Positions 33,531-44,456 of a stretch of DNA of 64,000 nucleotides are shown here, one piece after another. The notes under the pieces are model-generated. The model did no database searches. It was not told the origin of the DNA and was given only the letters and a program-made list of their open reading frames with translations. Each line of letters opens with the position of its first letter. The first letter of the stretch is position 1. The DNA is from Cyanophyceae cyanobacterium (GTDB lineage: Bacteria > Cyanobacteriota > Cyanobacteriia > Cyanobacteriales > Laspinemataceae). The stretch lies in the NCBI GenBank assembly GCA_038321985.1, contig JBBQFN010000020.1, positions 30,819 through 94,818 of the forward strand, in the 5' to 3' direction. The translations under genes and the position numbers were made by a program.

Positions 33531-36500
33531 ATGAATCCTGAAGATACCATCCTAGAAGAAACCACCGAAGAAACTGCACTGGTTACAACTACCACCACCG
33601 AAGAAACCGCCCCACCCAAAACTATCACCGTCGAAGTTAGTAGTTTCACCGGAGATAATGCCAGTGGCAAACTGATTCTAGAAGAAACTGCCGCAGGCAT
33701 TAACGTCACTGTGCAAGATGTCACCCCGATGGCAGACATCAGAGGGGTATTCTTCAACCTAGCCGATGATTCTTTACTCAGTGGATTGCAAATCTCCGGC
33801 AGCGACGTCACCAATTCCGCCTTTGGATCGAGTGGAAGTATTAGTGGAGATGCAAATGTCACCCCAAGATCCTTTGAGGGGAACGTAGAAATTGGCACTT
33901 CCGGAATCGGTAAAGACGATATTGCCAGCACCAGCTTTACCCTGTCCCACGAAACTGAAACCTTGACTTTGGATCAGTTTTTAGGTCAAAGTTTGGGATT
34001 ACGCCTTACCAGTGTAGGAACGGACAATCGCGAAGGTAGTAGCAAACTCGAAGGTACCGCACCCACAACATTAACTGAAGTCGTGCCGAAACCCGAGGAA
34101 ACCCCAGAAGAACCCGTTGCCGAAACCGAAACTGAAGTCGAAGAAGTTGCAGAAGGCGAAGTCCCCACCACCGATGAAGGTGATGATGTTGCTGAAGACG
34201 GGGAAGTTACCACCGATGAAGGGGATGATGTGATCGGCAATGACGGTGATGATGTCATTGATGATGCCGAAGTAGTGGATGATGCCGAAGAAATGGAAAT
34301 CGACGACGATGCCGATGTCGATCCCCAAATCAAAGAACTGGTTACCGCTTATTGCGATGAAGAGGAATATTTAGCGGAAAACCCTGATGTTGTTGAAGCT
34401 GTCGAACAGGGGTTATTCAAGAGTGGGTTACAACACGCCTATAAATTTGGATATAAAGAAGAACGGAAAGTTATCGCCGGATTTGATGCCACGTTCTATT
34501 CAGAAACGAATCCGGATGTGAAAGAGGCGATCGCCAACGGGGATTTTAGTAGTGAACTTGAACACTTCCTCTCATTTGGCTGTAAAGAAAATCGCTCTCC
34601 TAACCTTGTTTATAACGAACAAGAATATCTAGCCAGTAATCCCGATGTAAACGAAGCCGTTCAAAGTGGAGAATTTAGCAGCGGACTCAATCACTGGCTC
34701 CAACATGGACGCTTTGAAATTCGCACCTTCAGCAGCTTTTTCAGCGCTCAATTTTACCTAGAACAATATCAAGATGTTGCGGATGCCTTAAAAACGGGCA
34801 AGATTAAAAGTGTTTTCTCCCACTTTTTAAATCATGGCCTCGTCGAAGGACGCATCCCCAGTGAATCTTTCAATGTTGAAAGTTACTTAGAGCAGTATTC
34901 AGAAGTCGCTGAGGGAATCGAAAGCGGTCAATTCACCAATGCTATTTCCCATTTCTTCCAGGTTGGATTCTTAAAGGGATTAATGCCGAATCCACCCATG
35001 CCGGAAGCAGAAATGCCGACGGATGAAGATGACCTGGAAACTGATGATGACAGCGCTACTCCAGAAGAGACCAGCGACAGTAGTTCTCCAATCGTCTTTA
35101 ATATCCCGACAATTCCGCCAACGGTTCCGACTGATGGCGAACAGCCCGAAGAACCCACCGAGGGAGATGACCCGGCCCTGAGCGAAGAAACAGAAGCGAT
35201 CGCCAAAACGGGTGTCTTTAACCAAGACTTCTTCCTTAAGCAATTGCCGGAACAAATCCGCCAACTCATCGGTGAAGGCAAACAATATAGCAGTGCGATC
35301 GAATACTACCTCCTCGAAGGACAATTCGATGCAGAAATCAGCCAGAAGAGTGTCAGTCCTCTGTTCGATCTGAAATTCTACTTAGAACAAAATCCCCAAA
35401 TCCAAGAACTCATCGAGTCCGGCGAATACGAAAGCGTCCTTGATTATTTCCTGAAATTTGGACAAGCCAAAGGAGATGTTCCCACTCAGTTCTTTGACTC
35501 CGAATACTTCTTACAGCAATATTCGGAAGTGCAACAACTGATCATCAGTGGCGAATATACCAGCGTCTTTGAATACTTCATCAAAGAAGGGTTAGAAAAA
35601 GGTCAAAATCCCCTCCCCGACTTTGATGCCGAGTTCTACTTAGAACAATTAGAGCAATATGCATCGGAAAATCCTGATGCTGAAATGCCGGAAATTCCCG
35701 CCGGTGCAACCGAAGCTCAAAAATTCCAGATTGCCTTTACCCACTTTACGAGTATTGGCATCGAAATTGGCATTACCGCCAGCGCCACCTTTAAGGAAGA
35801 AGTCTTCTTGCAGCAGCTAACTGAAGAAGAAAAAGCCCTGATTGGAGAAGGTAAGCAATATCCCTCAGCCTTTGCCTACTATCTCAAAGTCGGAAAAGAA
35901 GATGGACTGCTTCCCTCCTCTGACATCACCATTCCCGAATGTGCCGACTTGGAAGCGGGTTTAGAACCCAGCCAGTTTAATGCCAATAACGCCATCATTG
36001 GTACCGAAGAGAACGACGTGCTCTTAGGTGCTAAAAACAAAGATGTGATTATTGGCGGCGAAGGTACCGATACCTTAATTGGTGGCAAAGGTAAATCCCT
36101 ACTCTTTGGCGAAGCTGGGGATGACTTGCTCATTGGCAGCAAGAAAGAAGACACCTTGATGGGTGGCGATGGCAACGACACCCTAATCAGCAACAAAGGT
36201 AAAGACTTACTGATTGGGGGTGCAGGGGACGATTTAATCATCGGTGGCGATAAGAAAGATACCCTCTGTGGCGGTGAAGGCAACGACACGCTAATCGGAG
36301 GCGGCAAAGGAAAGAGCTTGCTTATCGGTGACGCGGGGAATGACTACCTCTATACTAGCGGTGGCAAATCCGATAGTCTCGTCGGTGGCGAAGGCAGCGA
36401 TACCTTTATCATGGACCTGAGTGCAGATAAAGGGAAGCACCGGACCACGATTTTCGACTTCAATGCTGAAGACGGAGACAAAATCGAACTCGTCGGCGGC

Positions 36501-38552
36501 ACTTTGAGTGCGGAACAAATTTTAAGTTCTGCCCAAGTGAGCGAAGTTGAACAAACTGCTGAAGATGGAACCGTAACAACCAAGTTTCTTAGCGTACTTA
36601 ATTTCAGTGCAAAAGGGGCTGTCAATGTCTGGTCTGATGCCGCCTTATCTGCCACCGATATTTCCGTCGTCACCACCCCCAGCATCAGCCTAGAGGGTGT
36701 GGAAATGCCCGACGTGGAAGAATTGACCCAAGTCAGCAAGCTATTTGATGCAGAGTTCTATCTGGCAACCTATTCTCAAGTAACAGAACTGATTGCCTCC
36801 GGGGAATACAGCAGTGCCTTAGACCACTTCTTGCAAGTCGGTAAAACTGAGGGTCTCAGTCCTAATCCCTTCTTTGACGAAGCGTTTTATGTGGATCAAT
36901 ATCCTGAAGTCGCCGAACTGGTTGCCTCGGGAGAATATAGCAGTGCCTTAGACCACTTTATGAGTGTTGGACTCTCTGAAGGTTTGGTTGCCAGTGCGCT
37001 GTTTGAAGAATCCTTCTATATGGACAAGTATCCAGAAGTTGCCGAACGGGTTGCCTCTGGGGAATTCAGTAGCGTCTTTGCTTACTTCGTGCAGGTTGGA
37101 TTCTTTGAAGGACAGGTATCCTGTGAATTCTTTGAAGAGGAATTCTATCTCACTGAGCCCGGTGTCACAGAGGCGATCGCCTCCGGTGAATACAGCAGCG
37201 CGTTCGCTCATTTTGTTGAAGTTGGACTCTCCAGCGGTCTAGTTGCAACCTCTGAATTCAATATCGAATTCTATATTTCTTTACTCGATGAAGAAACCAA
37301 AGCACTTATTGGTGAAGGGAAAGAATACGCTAGCGCCTTTGAACACTACATCGAAGTGGGTCAATTTGAAGGACTGGTGACCGTCGCACCGGATACGGCC
37401 CTAGAGTCTGTGCCCAGTTGTGAGGATCTCGGCATCGAAATCCCGGCGATCGATAGTATCAACCCCAGCGGCACGAATGTCCTTATTGCCGACAGCGATG
37501 ACGGTGTAAATTTGACCGCAGCAAAACGCATCGACGTTCTCATCGGCGGTGAAGGCAACGATTCCCTCATCGGTGGTAACCGCAAAGACATGATCTTCGG
37601 TATCGGTGGAGATAACTTTATTGAAGGTGACAACCAACACGACACCCTGATTGGCGGTATAGGCAACGACTCCATCTTAGGTGGTAACGGAAATGACCTC
37701 CTGATTGCTGACATGAAAGTGTTTGAAGCAATGATGAACGGGGAAGAATTGATGCTACCCGTCTCTGAAGATGAAGTCACCGAAAGTGAAGTCACCGAAG
37801 ATGATGCAGCAATTGCCGAAGGCGAAGTCACCGAAGATGATGCAGCAATTGCCGAAAGTGAAGTCACCGAAGATGATGCAGCAGTTGTCGAGGATGACCT
37901 CGAAGGCGACAATGCCGATGATATGCTGATGGGTGGCAATAACTACCTACAAGGCGGCAACGGCAAAGACACCCTGATTGGCGGTACGGGTAACGATAGC
38001 CTATTCGGTGACAATGGCAACGACTTCCTCTGTGGTGTTGCCGGAGATAACTACCTAGAAGGTGGGAATGGCAAAGATACCCTCATCGGTGGGATGGGTA
38101 ACGACATTCTCATGGGTGGTAACGGTAAAGACTTGCTCAGTGGCGGCGAAGGTGACGATACCCTCTACGGTGGGTCTGGTAAAGATACCCTCATCGGTGG
38201 TGTCGGTGCAGATGTCTTCATCTTAGATGGTGATGCGCTCCTCGATGATATGGAAGAGGGCGAAGAGGGCGAAGAAACCGAAAAAACTGCCCGCAAGAAA
38301 GGTAAAAAGCAAGACGTGATTTTGGACTTCAATGCTGAAGAAGGAGACATCATCAAGTTTGCTGGTGCTGCGTTCGGGATTACTAATCTCTCTGATTTGT
38401 TTGATGCCACCAATACTACAGACGATTTAGGGATTTCTTCTTCCACGATGGAGTCCGGACAGATTGTTTCTACGATTACCTTTAGTGCGGAATACTCCCT
38501 AACCGTGTTCTCTCAAGTTGAGATTACCGAAGAGAGCTTACTACTGATGTAA
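33531..38552 (+). CDS. Large Glu-rich RTX surface protein, paralog of 29772..32390
   Basis: N-terminal beta-rich domain, many FDxxFYL..YP.V repeats, two RTX blocks, C-terminus homologous to RTX gene 1. Confidence 0.9.
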   Translation: MNPEDTILEETTEETALVTTTTTEETAPPKTITVEVSSFTGDNASGKLILEETAAGINVTVQDVTPMADIRGVFFNLADDSLLSGLQISGSDVTNSAFGSSGSISGDANVTPRSFEGNVEIGTSGIGKDDIASTSFTLSHETETLTLDQFLGQSLGLRLTSVGTDNREGSSKLEGTAPTTLTEVVPKPEETPEEPVAETETEVEEVAEGEVPTTDEGDDVAEDGEVTTDEGDDVIGNDGDDVIDDAEVVDDAEEMEIDDDADVDPQIKELVTAYCDEEEYLAENPDVVEAVEQGLFKSGLQHAYKFGYKEERKVIAGFDATFYSETNPDVKEAIANGDFSSELEHFLSFGCKENRSPNLVYNEQEYLASNPDVNEAVQSGEFSSGLNHWLQHGRFEIRTFSSFFSAQFYLEQYQDVADALKTGKIKSVFSHFLNHGLVEGRIPSESFNVESYLEQYSEVAEGIESGQFTNAISHFFQVGFLKGLMPNPPMPEAEMPTDEDDLETDDDSATPEETSDSSSPIVFNIPTIPPTVPTDGEQPEEPTEGDDPALSEETEAIAKTGVFNQDFFLKQLPEQIRQLIGEGKQYSSAIEYYLLEGQFDAEISQKSVSPLFDLKFYLEQNPQIQELIESGEYESVLDYFLKFGQAKGDVPTQFFDSEYFLQQYSEVQQLIISGEYTSVFEYFIKEGLEKGQNPLPDFDAEFYLEQLEQYASENPDAEMPEIPAGATEAQKFQIAFTHFTSIGIEIGITASATFKEEVFLQQLTEEEKALIGEGKQYPSAFAYYLKVGKEDGLLPSSDITIPECADLEAGLEPSQFNANNAIIGTEENDVLLGAKNKDVIIGGEGTDTLIGGKGKSLLFGEAGDDLLIGSKKEDTLMGGDGNDTLISNKGKDLLIGGAGDDLIIGGDKKDTLCGGEGNDTLIGGGKGKSLLIGDAGNDYLYTSGGKSDSLVGGEGSDTFIMDLSADKGKHRTTIFDFNAEDGDKIELVGGTLSAEQILSSAQVSEVEQTAEDGTVTTKFLSVLNFSAKGAVNVWSDAALSATDISVVTTPSISLEGVEMPDVEELTQVSKLFDAEFYLATYSQVTELIASGEYSSALDHFLQVGKTEGLSPNPFFDEAFYVDQYPEVAELVASGEYSSALDHFMSVGLSEGLVASALFEESFYMDKYPEVAERVASGEFSSVFAYFVQVGFFEGQVSCEFFEEEFYLTEPGVTEAIASGEYSSAFAHFVEVGLSSGLVATSEFNIEFYISLLDEETKALIGEGKEYASAFEHYIEVGQFEGLVTVAPDTALESVPSCEDLGIEIPAIDSINPSGTNVLIADSDDGVNLTAAKRIDVLIGGEGNDSLIGGNRKDMIFGIGGDNFIEGDNQHDTLIGGIGNDSILGGNGNDLLIADMKVFEAMMNGEELMLPVSEDEVTESEVTEDDAAIAEGEVTEDDAAIAESEVTEDDAAVVEDDLEGDNADDMLMGGNNYLQGGNGKDTLIGGTGNDSLFGDNGNDFLCGVAGDNYLEGGNGKDTLIGGMGNDILMGGNGKDLLSGGEGDDTLYGGSGKDTLIGGVGADVFILDGDALLDDMEEGEEGEETEKTARKKGKKQDVILDFNAEEGDIIKFAGAAFGITNLSDLFDATNTTDDLGISSSTMESGQIVSTITFSAEYSLTVFSQVEITEESLLLM

Positions 38553-38602
38553 GGTCAGTCTGAACTGGAAAGCATACAATCCAGTCATGGATAAATAAGG
38601 CG

Positions 38603-38640
38603 ATCGCACCCGTATCAAAGCGGGTGCGATTTCTTTTGTT
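38603..38640 (+). terminator. Terminator after RTX gene 2
   Basis: atcgcacccg...cgggtgcgat followed by ttcttttgtt. Confidence 0.75.
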
Positions 38641-38703
38641 ACCGTCTAGGCCCCTTCACTCTTCCGTTACAATTTATAGAGTCCCACCCCCAACCCTGAC
38701 TCT

Positions 38704-39465
38704 ATGCGCGAAAATCAACTCAAACGCAAACTCCAACGAGGAGAAGTCGTTCTCGGCCCTTTTATCAACTGTCCCTACCCCGCCTTTATTGAAATTTGTG
38801 GTTATGCCGGATTTGACTTTGCGGTGATTGACCTAGAACATGGACCGTTACATATTCTGGCTGCTGAAGATCTTTGCCGCGCTGCTGATGTAGTTGGATT
38901 GGCTGCGATCGTCCGAGTTTCTAAAAATGATGCCTCCCAAATTCAGCGCGCCCTTGATATTGGAAGTGCGGGGGTACAAGTCCCACAAATTGAAACCCAA
39001 GCTGATGCTACCAGGGTGATTCAGGGTGCCAAATATAACCCGATTGGTACTAGAGGTCTTTCCTTCGGGACTCGCGCTGGTGCCTACACTTCTGCGGGGA
39101 CAAATATCACCGATCGCCTGAATGCCGAATCCCTAGTTATCGTTCATGTCGAAGGTCAAACCGGCATCCAAAACTTAGCCCAAATTGTCACCGTTCCCCA
39201 CATTGACGTGATTTTTCTGGGTCCTTACGACCTCTCCCAGTCCCTGGGAATCCCCGGCCAAGTTGAGGACTCCCGAGTTGTAGAATTGATGAAAGATGCC
39301 GTCAAAACTATTCGCGATGCAGGCAAGGCAGTCGGAACCTTTACCGCCAGTCCGGAAACGGCGAAACAGTGGATCGACGTGGGAGTGCAGTATATTGGGT
39401 TGGGCATGGATGTTAGCATTTTCTTCAACGCCTGTCAGTCGTTAGTCAAAGCAGTACGAGGTTAG
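38704..39465 (+). CDS. HpcH/HpaI aldolase family protein
   Basis: GFDFAVIDLEHG, RALDIGSAGVQVPQI, PIGTRG and FLGPYDLSQSLG motifs. Confidence 0.92.
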   Translation: MRENQLKRKLQRGEVVLGPFINCPYPAFIEICGYAGFDFAVIDLEHGPLHILAAEDLCRAADVVGLAAIVRVSKNDASQIQRALDIGSAGVQVPQIETQADATRVIQGAKYNPIGTRGLSFGTRAGAYTSAGTNITDRLNAESLVIVHVEGQTGIQNLAQIVTVPHIDVIFLGPYDLSQSLGIPGQVEDSRVVELMKDAVKTIRDAGKAVGTFTASPETAKQWIDVGVQYIGLGMDVSIFFNACQSLVKAVRG

Positions 39466-39709
39466 AGTAACTTTCTTTAAACAATCTGAAGTCCATCGGT
39501 GGTGGTGCGCAGGTGTTGCAGTATAGAATCAGGCATTATGGGGAATATCTTGTGTCGCAATCATAAGGAGCGGGAGCGTCTCGCTCCCTTATACTGAGTA
39601 GGGAACCAGACGTTCCCATTTATCCCCTGCCATTGAGAGGCGCGATACTGCCACCTTCTCAAACCCTGTACTTGCTTCGTTCTCCAACCTTTTACTAGGA
39701 GTATAAATT

Positions 39710-40951
39710 ATGCTGTATGACGTTCCCGGTCGTGCTGACACCCTCAGCACAGACCTAATCCAACAATGGAATAAAACCATCGAAAATGCTTACAACCGTC
39801 TGGGTAGTTGGCAAAATCGCTTTTTCACTCTTGACCCCCTCTCGTTAAAAAATCCAGTTCGCGCCCCGATTAAATGGTTTGGCGACCCGGCAGAACCGGC
39901 TTTCTGTCTGGATGAACCGACGGCTAAACAGTTGTGTGATTGGGGGGTGCAAGGTCGGCAGGTCCTGCACAATGAATACTGTGAATATCGCATTATCGAG
40001 AAACCCGATGCCACTGGGAAAATCCGCCCGAAACGAGTTCAAGTTACCACTGAACTGCGGGAATACTGGGCTTGCATTGCCAAATTCGATCCCGTTGCAC
40101 TGCGGACAATGGTCGAGAATGTACTAGGATTCGTTGTCTCTTGGGAATCCCTCTACGGCGTTAGCGATCCGTCTAAATTAAGTCCAACCCAGCGAGAAAT
40201 CGCCTTTTCCCAACAGGTTGCGGGTCATGGCAATGATGCAAAATTAGTCGCGGCTGGGGTTCCCAGTCAACCCATAGGAGCATTGAATCGAGATAACGCT
40301 TTATTCATGACCCATCCCATCGACGGGCTGGATGATTTGTTATATATTGTGATGTTCGGGTCCGTACCCTACGTCACTCGCACGGATACAGGATTCAAAC
40401 CCGCCACCCGAGAACAAATTTTTCGGGAATATAACGTCCAAGGTTTAGCCTGTCGTCATGCGGACCCGGCAGCGGCAATGGGAGCGCATGGGGCGGCCAT
40501 GAATGGTCAGACGGTGGCATTTGACAATCCTCTGGGGATGTATATTTTATCCTTCAACGATCGCGCTTTCAGGTATCAAGACCAACCGATTCCCCAGGAG
40601 TGGATTCGCCTCAGTCGAGGAGAAAAAGATATGTATCAACGGTTGGAATTCGGTCCGAGTGACGCCGATCCAGCTTTTTTAGATGACATTGTGGTGGAAG
40701 TAGGTGCAGACATTCAACCCCTTACCGGCGGGTTTCAATTGTTGAAACAAATTGAAATTGGGCCAATCATTGTTGTTGGAGAACCGTCTCCGGTTACGGA
40801 AGATGAATATATTGTGATCGGGGCGAGTTCTGATCCCATTCGCTGTCAAGAAGCGACGATTTGCGATCGCATTCATCAGTTAAAAGAGGATTATGAGGCG
40901 GCACAGAAAATCGGTCGCATTGCTCCTCGTCAGATGGGTGTTATCTCTTAA
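39710..40951 (+). CDS. Uncharacterised protein co-transcribed with the DyP gene
   Basis: 413-aa ORF with SD-like aggag upstream; motif-like NEYCEY, TTELREYW, RHADP and NPLGMYI segments. Confidence 0.85.
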   Translation: MLYDVPGRADTLSTDLIQQWNKTIENAYNRLGSWQNRFFTLDPLSLKNPVRAPIKWFGDPAEPAFCLDEPTAKQLCDWGVQGRQVLHNEYCEYRIIEKPDATGKIRPKRVQVTTELREYWACIAKFDPVALRTMVENVLGFVVSWESLYGVSDPSKLSPTQREIAFSQQVAGHGNDAKLVAAGVPSQPIGALNRDNALFMTHPIDGLDDLLYIVMFGSVPYVTRTDTGFKPATREQIFREYNVQGLACRHADPAAAMGAHGAAMNGQTVAFDNPLGMYILSFNDRAFRYQDQPIPQEWIRLSRGEKDMYQRLEFGPSDADPAFLDDIVVEVGADIQPLTGGFQLLKQIEIGPIIVVGEPSPVTEDEYIVIGASSDPIRCQEATICDRIHQLKEDYEAAQKIGRIAPRQMGVIS

Positions 40952-40975
40952 TCTTTACTTTCAGCACCATTAATT

Positions 40976-42220
40976 ATGACAGAACCACTTCAAGAAGGCA
41001 TCTATTACGCGCCGGGAGTTCGACCGGATCAATGTTTTGGAATTATGTTTCTTCGCGCTGCACGGGGGTTAACTGCGCTTCAAATTGGCACAGCCTTTCA
41101 AACCCTGTACTCAATGTATCAAAACCTCAAACAAGGCGAAGTTGAAGAGCTGTCGGGTTATCCTGTCCCCAGTGGGGATTTAACCGTTTTAGTGGGATAT
41201 GGACCCAATGTCTTTAAATTGCCTGATGTGGGACGAACCCTTCCCCAAGATTTAGGACCTAAAAATCAATTTCGTTCCGCTCGTCCCACGGGCGGCGGTC
41301 CTTTACTTTTGGGTTCGGGTTTATCATATGCTGATGATGTACAATTTAATCCAGCTACGGAAGAAATCGTTCTTCAATTTATTGCAAAAACGGAACTTGC
41401 TGTTAATCGGGCCGTGGTGGAAACTTGGAAGGTTTTGCAGGATTTGATTGACCCGGAAAGCGCAGAATCCCCCTTACTAATAACCCGATTTTATACAGGA
41501 TTTCAACGGGAGGATGAGCGAAGCTGGATAGGTTTTCATGATGGAATTTCTAACATGAAAAGCTCGGAACGGCTTCAGGCGATCGCCATTAAAGAGGACC
41601 AAACCTCAGCGGACGATAAATGGACGGTTGGCGGAACTTATCTCGCCTTTCTCCGGTTGCCGGTAGATCTAACCGTGTGGCGCAAACTCACGCGGCAGGA
41701 ACAAGAGTTAATTGTAGGACGAGATAAATTATCGGGATGTCCCCTGGCAGCGATCGATAGTGAAGGTAATCCGGTAATCCAAACGGGTTGTCCCTTTACC
41801 GGAACCCGAGAAGTCACAAACGCAGAAAACACCGAGTATCGCGAGTTACCTCGGGTGCCATTGGAGTCACCCTTAAATGTGAGCCACACTCATCGCGCCA
41901 ATCAAAATAAGGCGGAAGATGTGGGCTCGCGTAATTCCCTGCGCTTGTTCCGTCAAGGGTACGAGTTTCTGGAGGCGATCGATAGTGCACCCGGTTTTAG
42001 AGCCGGCTTAAACTTTGTGAGCTTTCAGGATACTCCAGAACGATTATTGCGGATGTTAACCCAACCCACTTGGCTAGGAGGGGTGAATTTTGGAGGGGGT
42101 GACAAGCAGCAATTACCGGGAATGGAGCATTTGATTACCGTGCGTGCGGGGGGAGTATTTTTGGTTCCCCCAGTGGTAGCTGAGGAGGTGTTTCCAGGAG
42201 CGAAAATATTTGGACTCTAA
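40976..42220 (+). CDS. Dyp-type heme peroxidase with no signal peptide
   Basis: GFHDGISN (GxxDG), GGTY, QELIVGRDK, SHTHRAN (proximal His) and LFRQGY (distal Arg). Confidence 0.88.
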   Translation: MTEPLQEGIYYAPGVRPDQCFGIMFLRAARGLTALQIGTAFQTLYSMYQNLKQGEVEELSGYPVPSGDLTVLVGYGPNVFKLPDVGRTLPQDLGPKNQFRSARPTGGGPLLLGSGLSYADDVQFNPATEEIVLQFIAKTELAVNRAVVETWKVLQDLIDPESAESPLLITRFYTGFQREDERSWIGFHDGISNMKSSERLQAIAIKEDQTSADDKWTVGGTYLAFLRLPVDLTVWRKLTRQEQELIVGRDKLSGCPLAAIDSEGNPVIQTGCPFTGTREVTNAENTEYRELPRVPLESPLNVSHTHRANQNKAEDVGSRNSLRLFRQGYEFLEAIDSAPGFRAGLNFVSFQDTPERLLRMLTQPTWLGGVNFGGGDKQQLPGMEHLITVRAGGVFLVPPVVAEEVFPGAKIFGL

Positions 42221-42385
42221 CGAGTGAATCTATCCCCTGGTAGACGAAGTAATTCGGCTGTTGATCGGGATGGCTAAGGTTGATTTTAGTCATTAGAGGG
42301 GTTAAAAAATCTCACCCTAGGTGAATGAATTGGGGTAACAAAACCGCTAAAATTACAGGGAATACACTACCAGGGGATTGAGTTA

Positions 42386-43984
42386 ATGGATGTTCCAACT
42401 GGATCAGAAGCCGATCGCATCGTGAGATTTCGTGAACTTCAAAGTCAATTGCGCGATCGCTGGCAAACCATCGATGAGTTCGATCTCGGGGATAATGATA
42501 TTTTAGTTGTTCCCTCTCTGTCCCTCGATCGCCGGGAATTGTTGAAAATTGAAGGCGTCCATCACTATGAGGAACGCAATCTCTATTCCCTGATCCGGTT
42601 GAGAAATCCTCGCACCCGTTTGATTTATGTGACATCCCAACCCTTGCATCCGACAATTGTAGAATACTACTTACAATTGTTACCAGGAATTCCATTTTCT
42701 CATGCACGCGATCGTCTCTTGCTATTTTCAACTTACGATGCCTCGGCTAAACCCCTGACGCAAAAAATTTTAGAACGTCCCCGTCTTATGGAGCGCATCC
42801 GGCAGGTTTTGCGTCGAGATAAATCTTACATGATTTGTTTTAATTCCACGGAGATTGAACGAGAGTTATCAGTACAATTAGATATCCCCTTACTGGCATT
42901 AAATCCAGAATTATTAGAGTGGGGAACAAAAAGCGGTTCCCGCCAGATTTTTGGAGAGTGTGACATTCCCCATCCTCCGGGAAGTTTATCCGTTTGGGAT
43001 ATCGAAAACCTGGCAGGTGCCACGGCTGACTTGTTAGCAAAAGCAGCCCATTTAAAACGGATTGCCATTAAATTAAATGAAGGGTTTTCGGGGAAAGGAA
43101 ATGCTATTTTAGACGTGCAATCGCTTTATGAAATTGCCCCAGAAAATCGGGTTTCTGCCATTCGCGATCGCTTTGAAACCATGAACTTTCAAGCGGAGGG
43201 TGAAACTTGGGCCAATTTTTCCAGCCGTATTCCTGAATTAGGCGCAATTGTCGAAGCCTATATTGAAGGAAACGACAAGCGATCACCAAGTGTGCAAGGC
43301 AGAATTCTCCCCAATGGTGAGGTAGAAATTATCTCCACTCACGACCAAATTCTCGGAGGAAGCGATCAGCAAATTTTCCTCGGCTGTCAGTTTCCGGCAG
43401 ATGAAGGCTACCGAATGCAAGCGCAGGAACTCGGGTTGCGTGTAGGTCGAAATTTAGCGGCTAAGGGAGCATTAGAACGCTTTAGTGTGGACTTTTTGGC
43501 AGTTCAACGCCAGGATAGCGATCGCCCTGTATGGGATCTGTATGCGATCGAAATTAACCTCCGTAAAGGCGGCACTACCCATCCATTTATGGAACTCAAA
43601 CTATTAACCAATGGCCGGTATAATTTATCCACCGGCTTATTTTACAGCCAAACCGGACGTCCCAAATATTATTTTGCCAGCGATAACCTTCAAAAAGACC
43701 GCTATCGGGGATTGCTTCCAAATGATTTGATGGATATTATTGCTTATCATCAACTTCATTTTGATAGTTGTACAGAAACCGGGACTTTATTTCATTTAAT
43801 GGGGTGTTTATCCGAGTTTGGAAAACTGGGATTAACCAGTATTGGCAATTCCCCAGAGCAAGCCGAATCTATTTACAATCATGTCGTAAAAGTCCTCAAC
43901 AAAGAAACCGGAGGAAAGGGAAGGGATGAAGATAGATTATCGGCTATTACTCCGGCGATCGCCTCCTCGGGAAATTTACATTAA
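42386..43984 (+). CDS. Peptide ligase PGM1-related ATP-grasp protein
   Basis: VVPSLS, HYEER, WGTKSGSR, KLNEGFSGKGNA, SPSVQ and IEINLRKGGTTHP motifs. Confidence 0.85.
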   Translation: MDVPTGSEADRIVRFRELQSQLRDRWQTIDEFDLGDNDILVVPSLSLDRRELLKIEGVHHYEERNLYSLIRLRNPRTRLIYVTSQPLHPTIVEYYLQLLPGIPFSHARDRLLLFSTYDASAKPLTQKILERPRLMERIRQVLRRDKSYMICFNSTEIERELSVQLDIPLLALNPELLEWGTKSGSRQIFGECDIPHPPGSLSVWDIENLAGATADLLAKAAHLKRIAIKLNEGFSGKGNAILDVQSLYEIAPENRVSAIRDRFETMNFQAEGETWANFSSRIPELGAIVEAYIEGNDKRSPSVQGRILPNGEVEIISTHDQILGGSDQQIFLGCQFPADEGYRMQAQELGLRVGRNLAAKGALERFSVDFLAVQRQDSDRPVWDLYAIEINLRKGGTTHPFMELKLLTNGRYNLSTGLFYSQTGRPKYYFASDNLQKDRYRGLLPNDLMDIIAYHQLHFDSCTETGTLFHLMGCLSEFGKLGLTSIGNSPEQAESIYNHVVKVLNKETGGKGRDEDRLSAITPAIASSGNLH

Positions 43985-43987
43985 AAA

Positions 43988-44347
43988 ATGAAAATTAGAA
44001 CCATTACTACAGGGATTTCCCTCGAATCCCCAACGGATAGTGCGCGAATTCAAAAAGCTGCTCAGTTTAACGCTCAAGCTCAAGAGATTTTAGAAAATCA
44101 AGGCTATGAAGTTCAAAGCACCCGAATTTCTACCCAATCTTGGGAAAATTATTTATTAAAATCTTCTGCATCTGCACTGCTGTCAAATCTACAAGAACTT
44201 GAAGAGATTTGCCAAAGTCTGAATCTGAGTTTTTTTAATATCGGGTATGGAGAGCATCCAGAATTTATTTCCCTCATTCCCTCCATTCTCAAAAATACAG
44301 AACGGATTTTTTGTTCTAGTAAAATTGGAGAGTGCGTCAGTAGCTAA
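43988..44347 (+). pseudogene. N-terminal fragment of a DUF711-family protein
   Basis: MKIRTIT...GYEVQSTRIST start typical of the roughly 400-aa DUF711 proteins, but the ORF stops at 119 aa inside an inverted repeat. Confidence 0.65.
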
Positions 44348-44380
44348 ATTATAAAAATAATCCTTAATTTAGCTACTGAC
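44336..44380. repeat. Perfect 16-bp inverted repeat with a 13-nt spacer (possible IS/MITE footprint)
   Basis: gtcagtagctaaatta ... taatttagctactgac. Confidence 0.85.
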
Positions 44381-44456
44381 ACCCCAAATTTATCATATTT
44401 TCTGAATAGGAAATCTCAGGAAAAAAATAGGGCCCTACCGTGTCCCTACAGGTAGT

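Noticed and set aside
33197..33931. 244-aa minus-strand ORF overlapping the start of RTX gene 2
   Set aside because: Mostly antisense to a strong CDS and has no recognisable motifs
29744..38446. Many Ser-rich antisense ORFs over the RTX genes, and antisense ORFs over the WD40/TPR repeats
   Set aside because: Shadow frames produced by GAT/GAA-rich or repetitive sense codons
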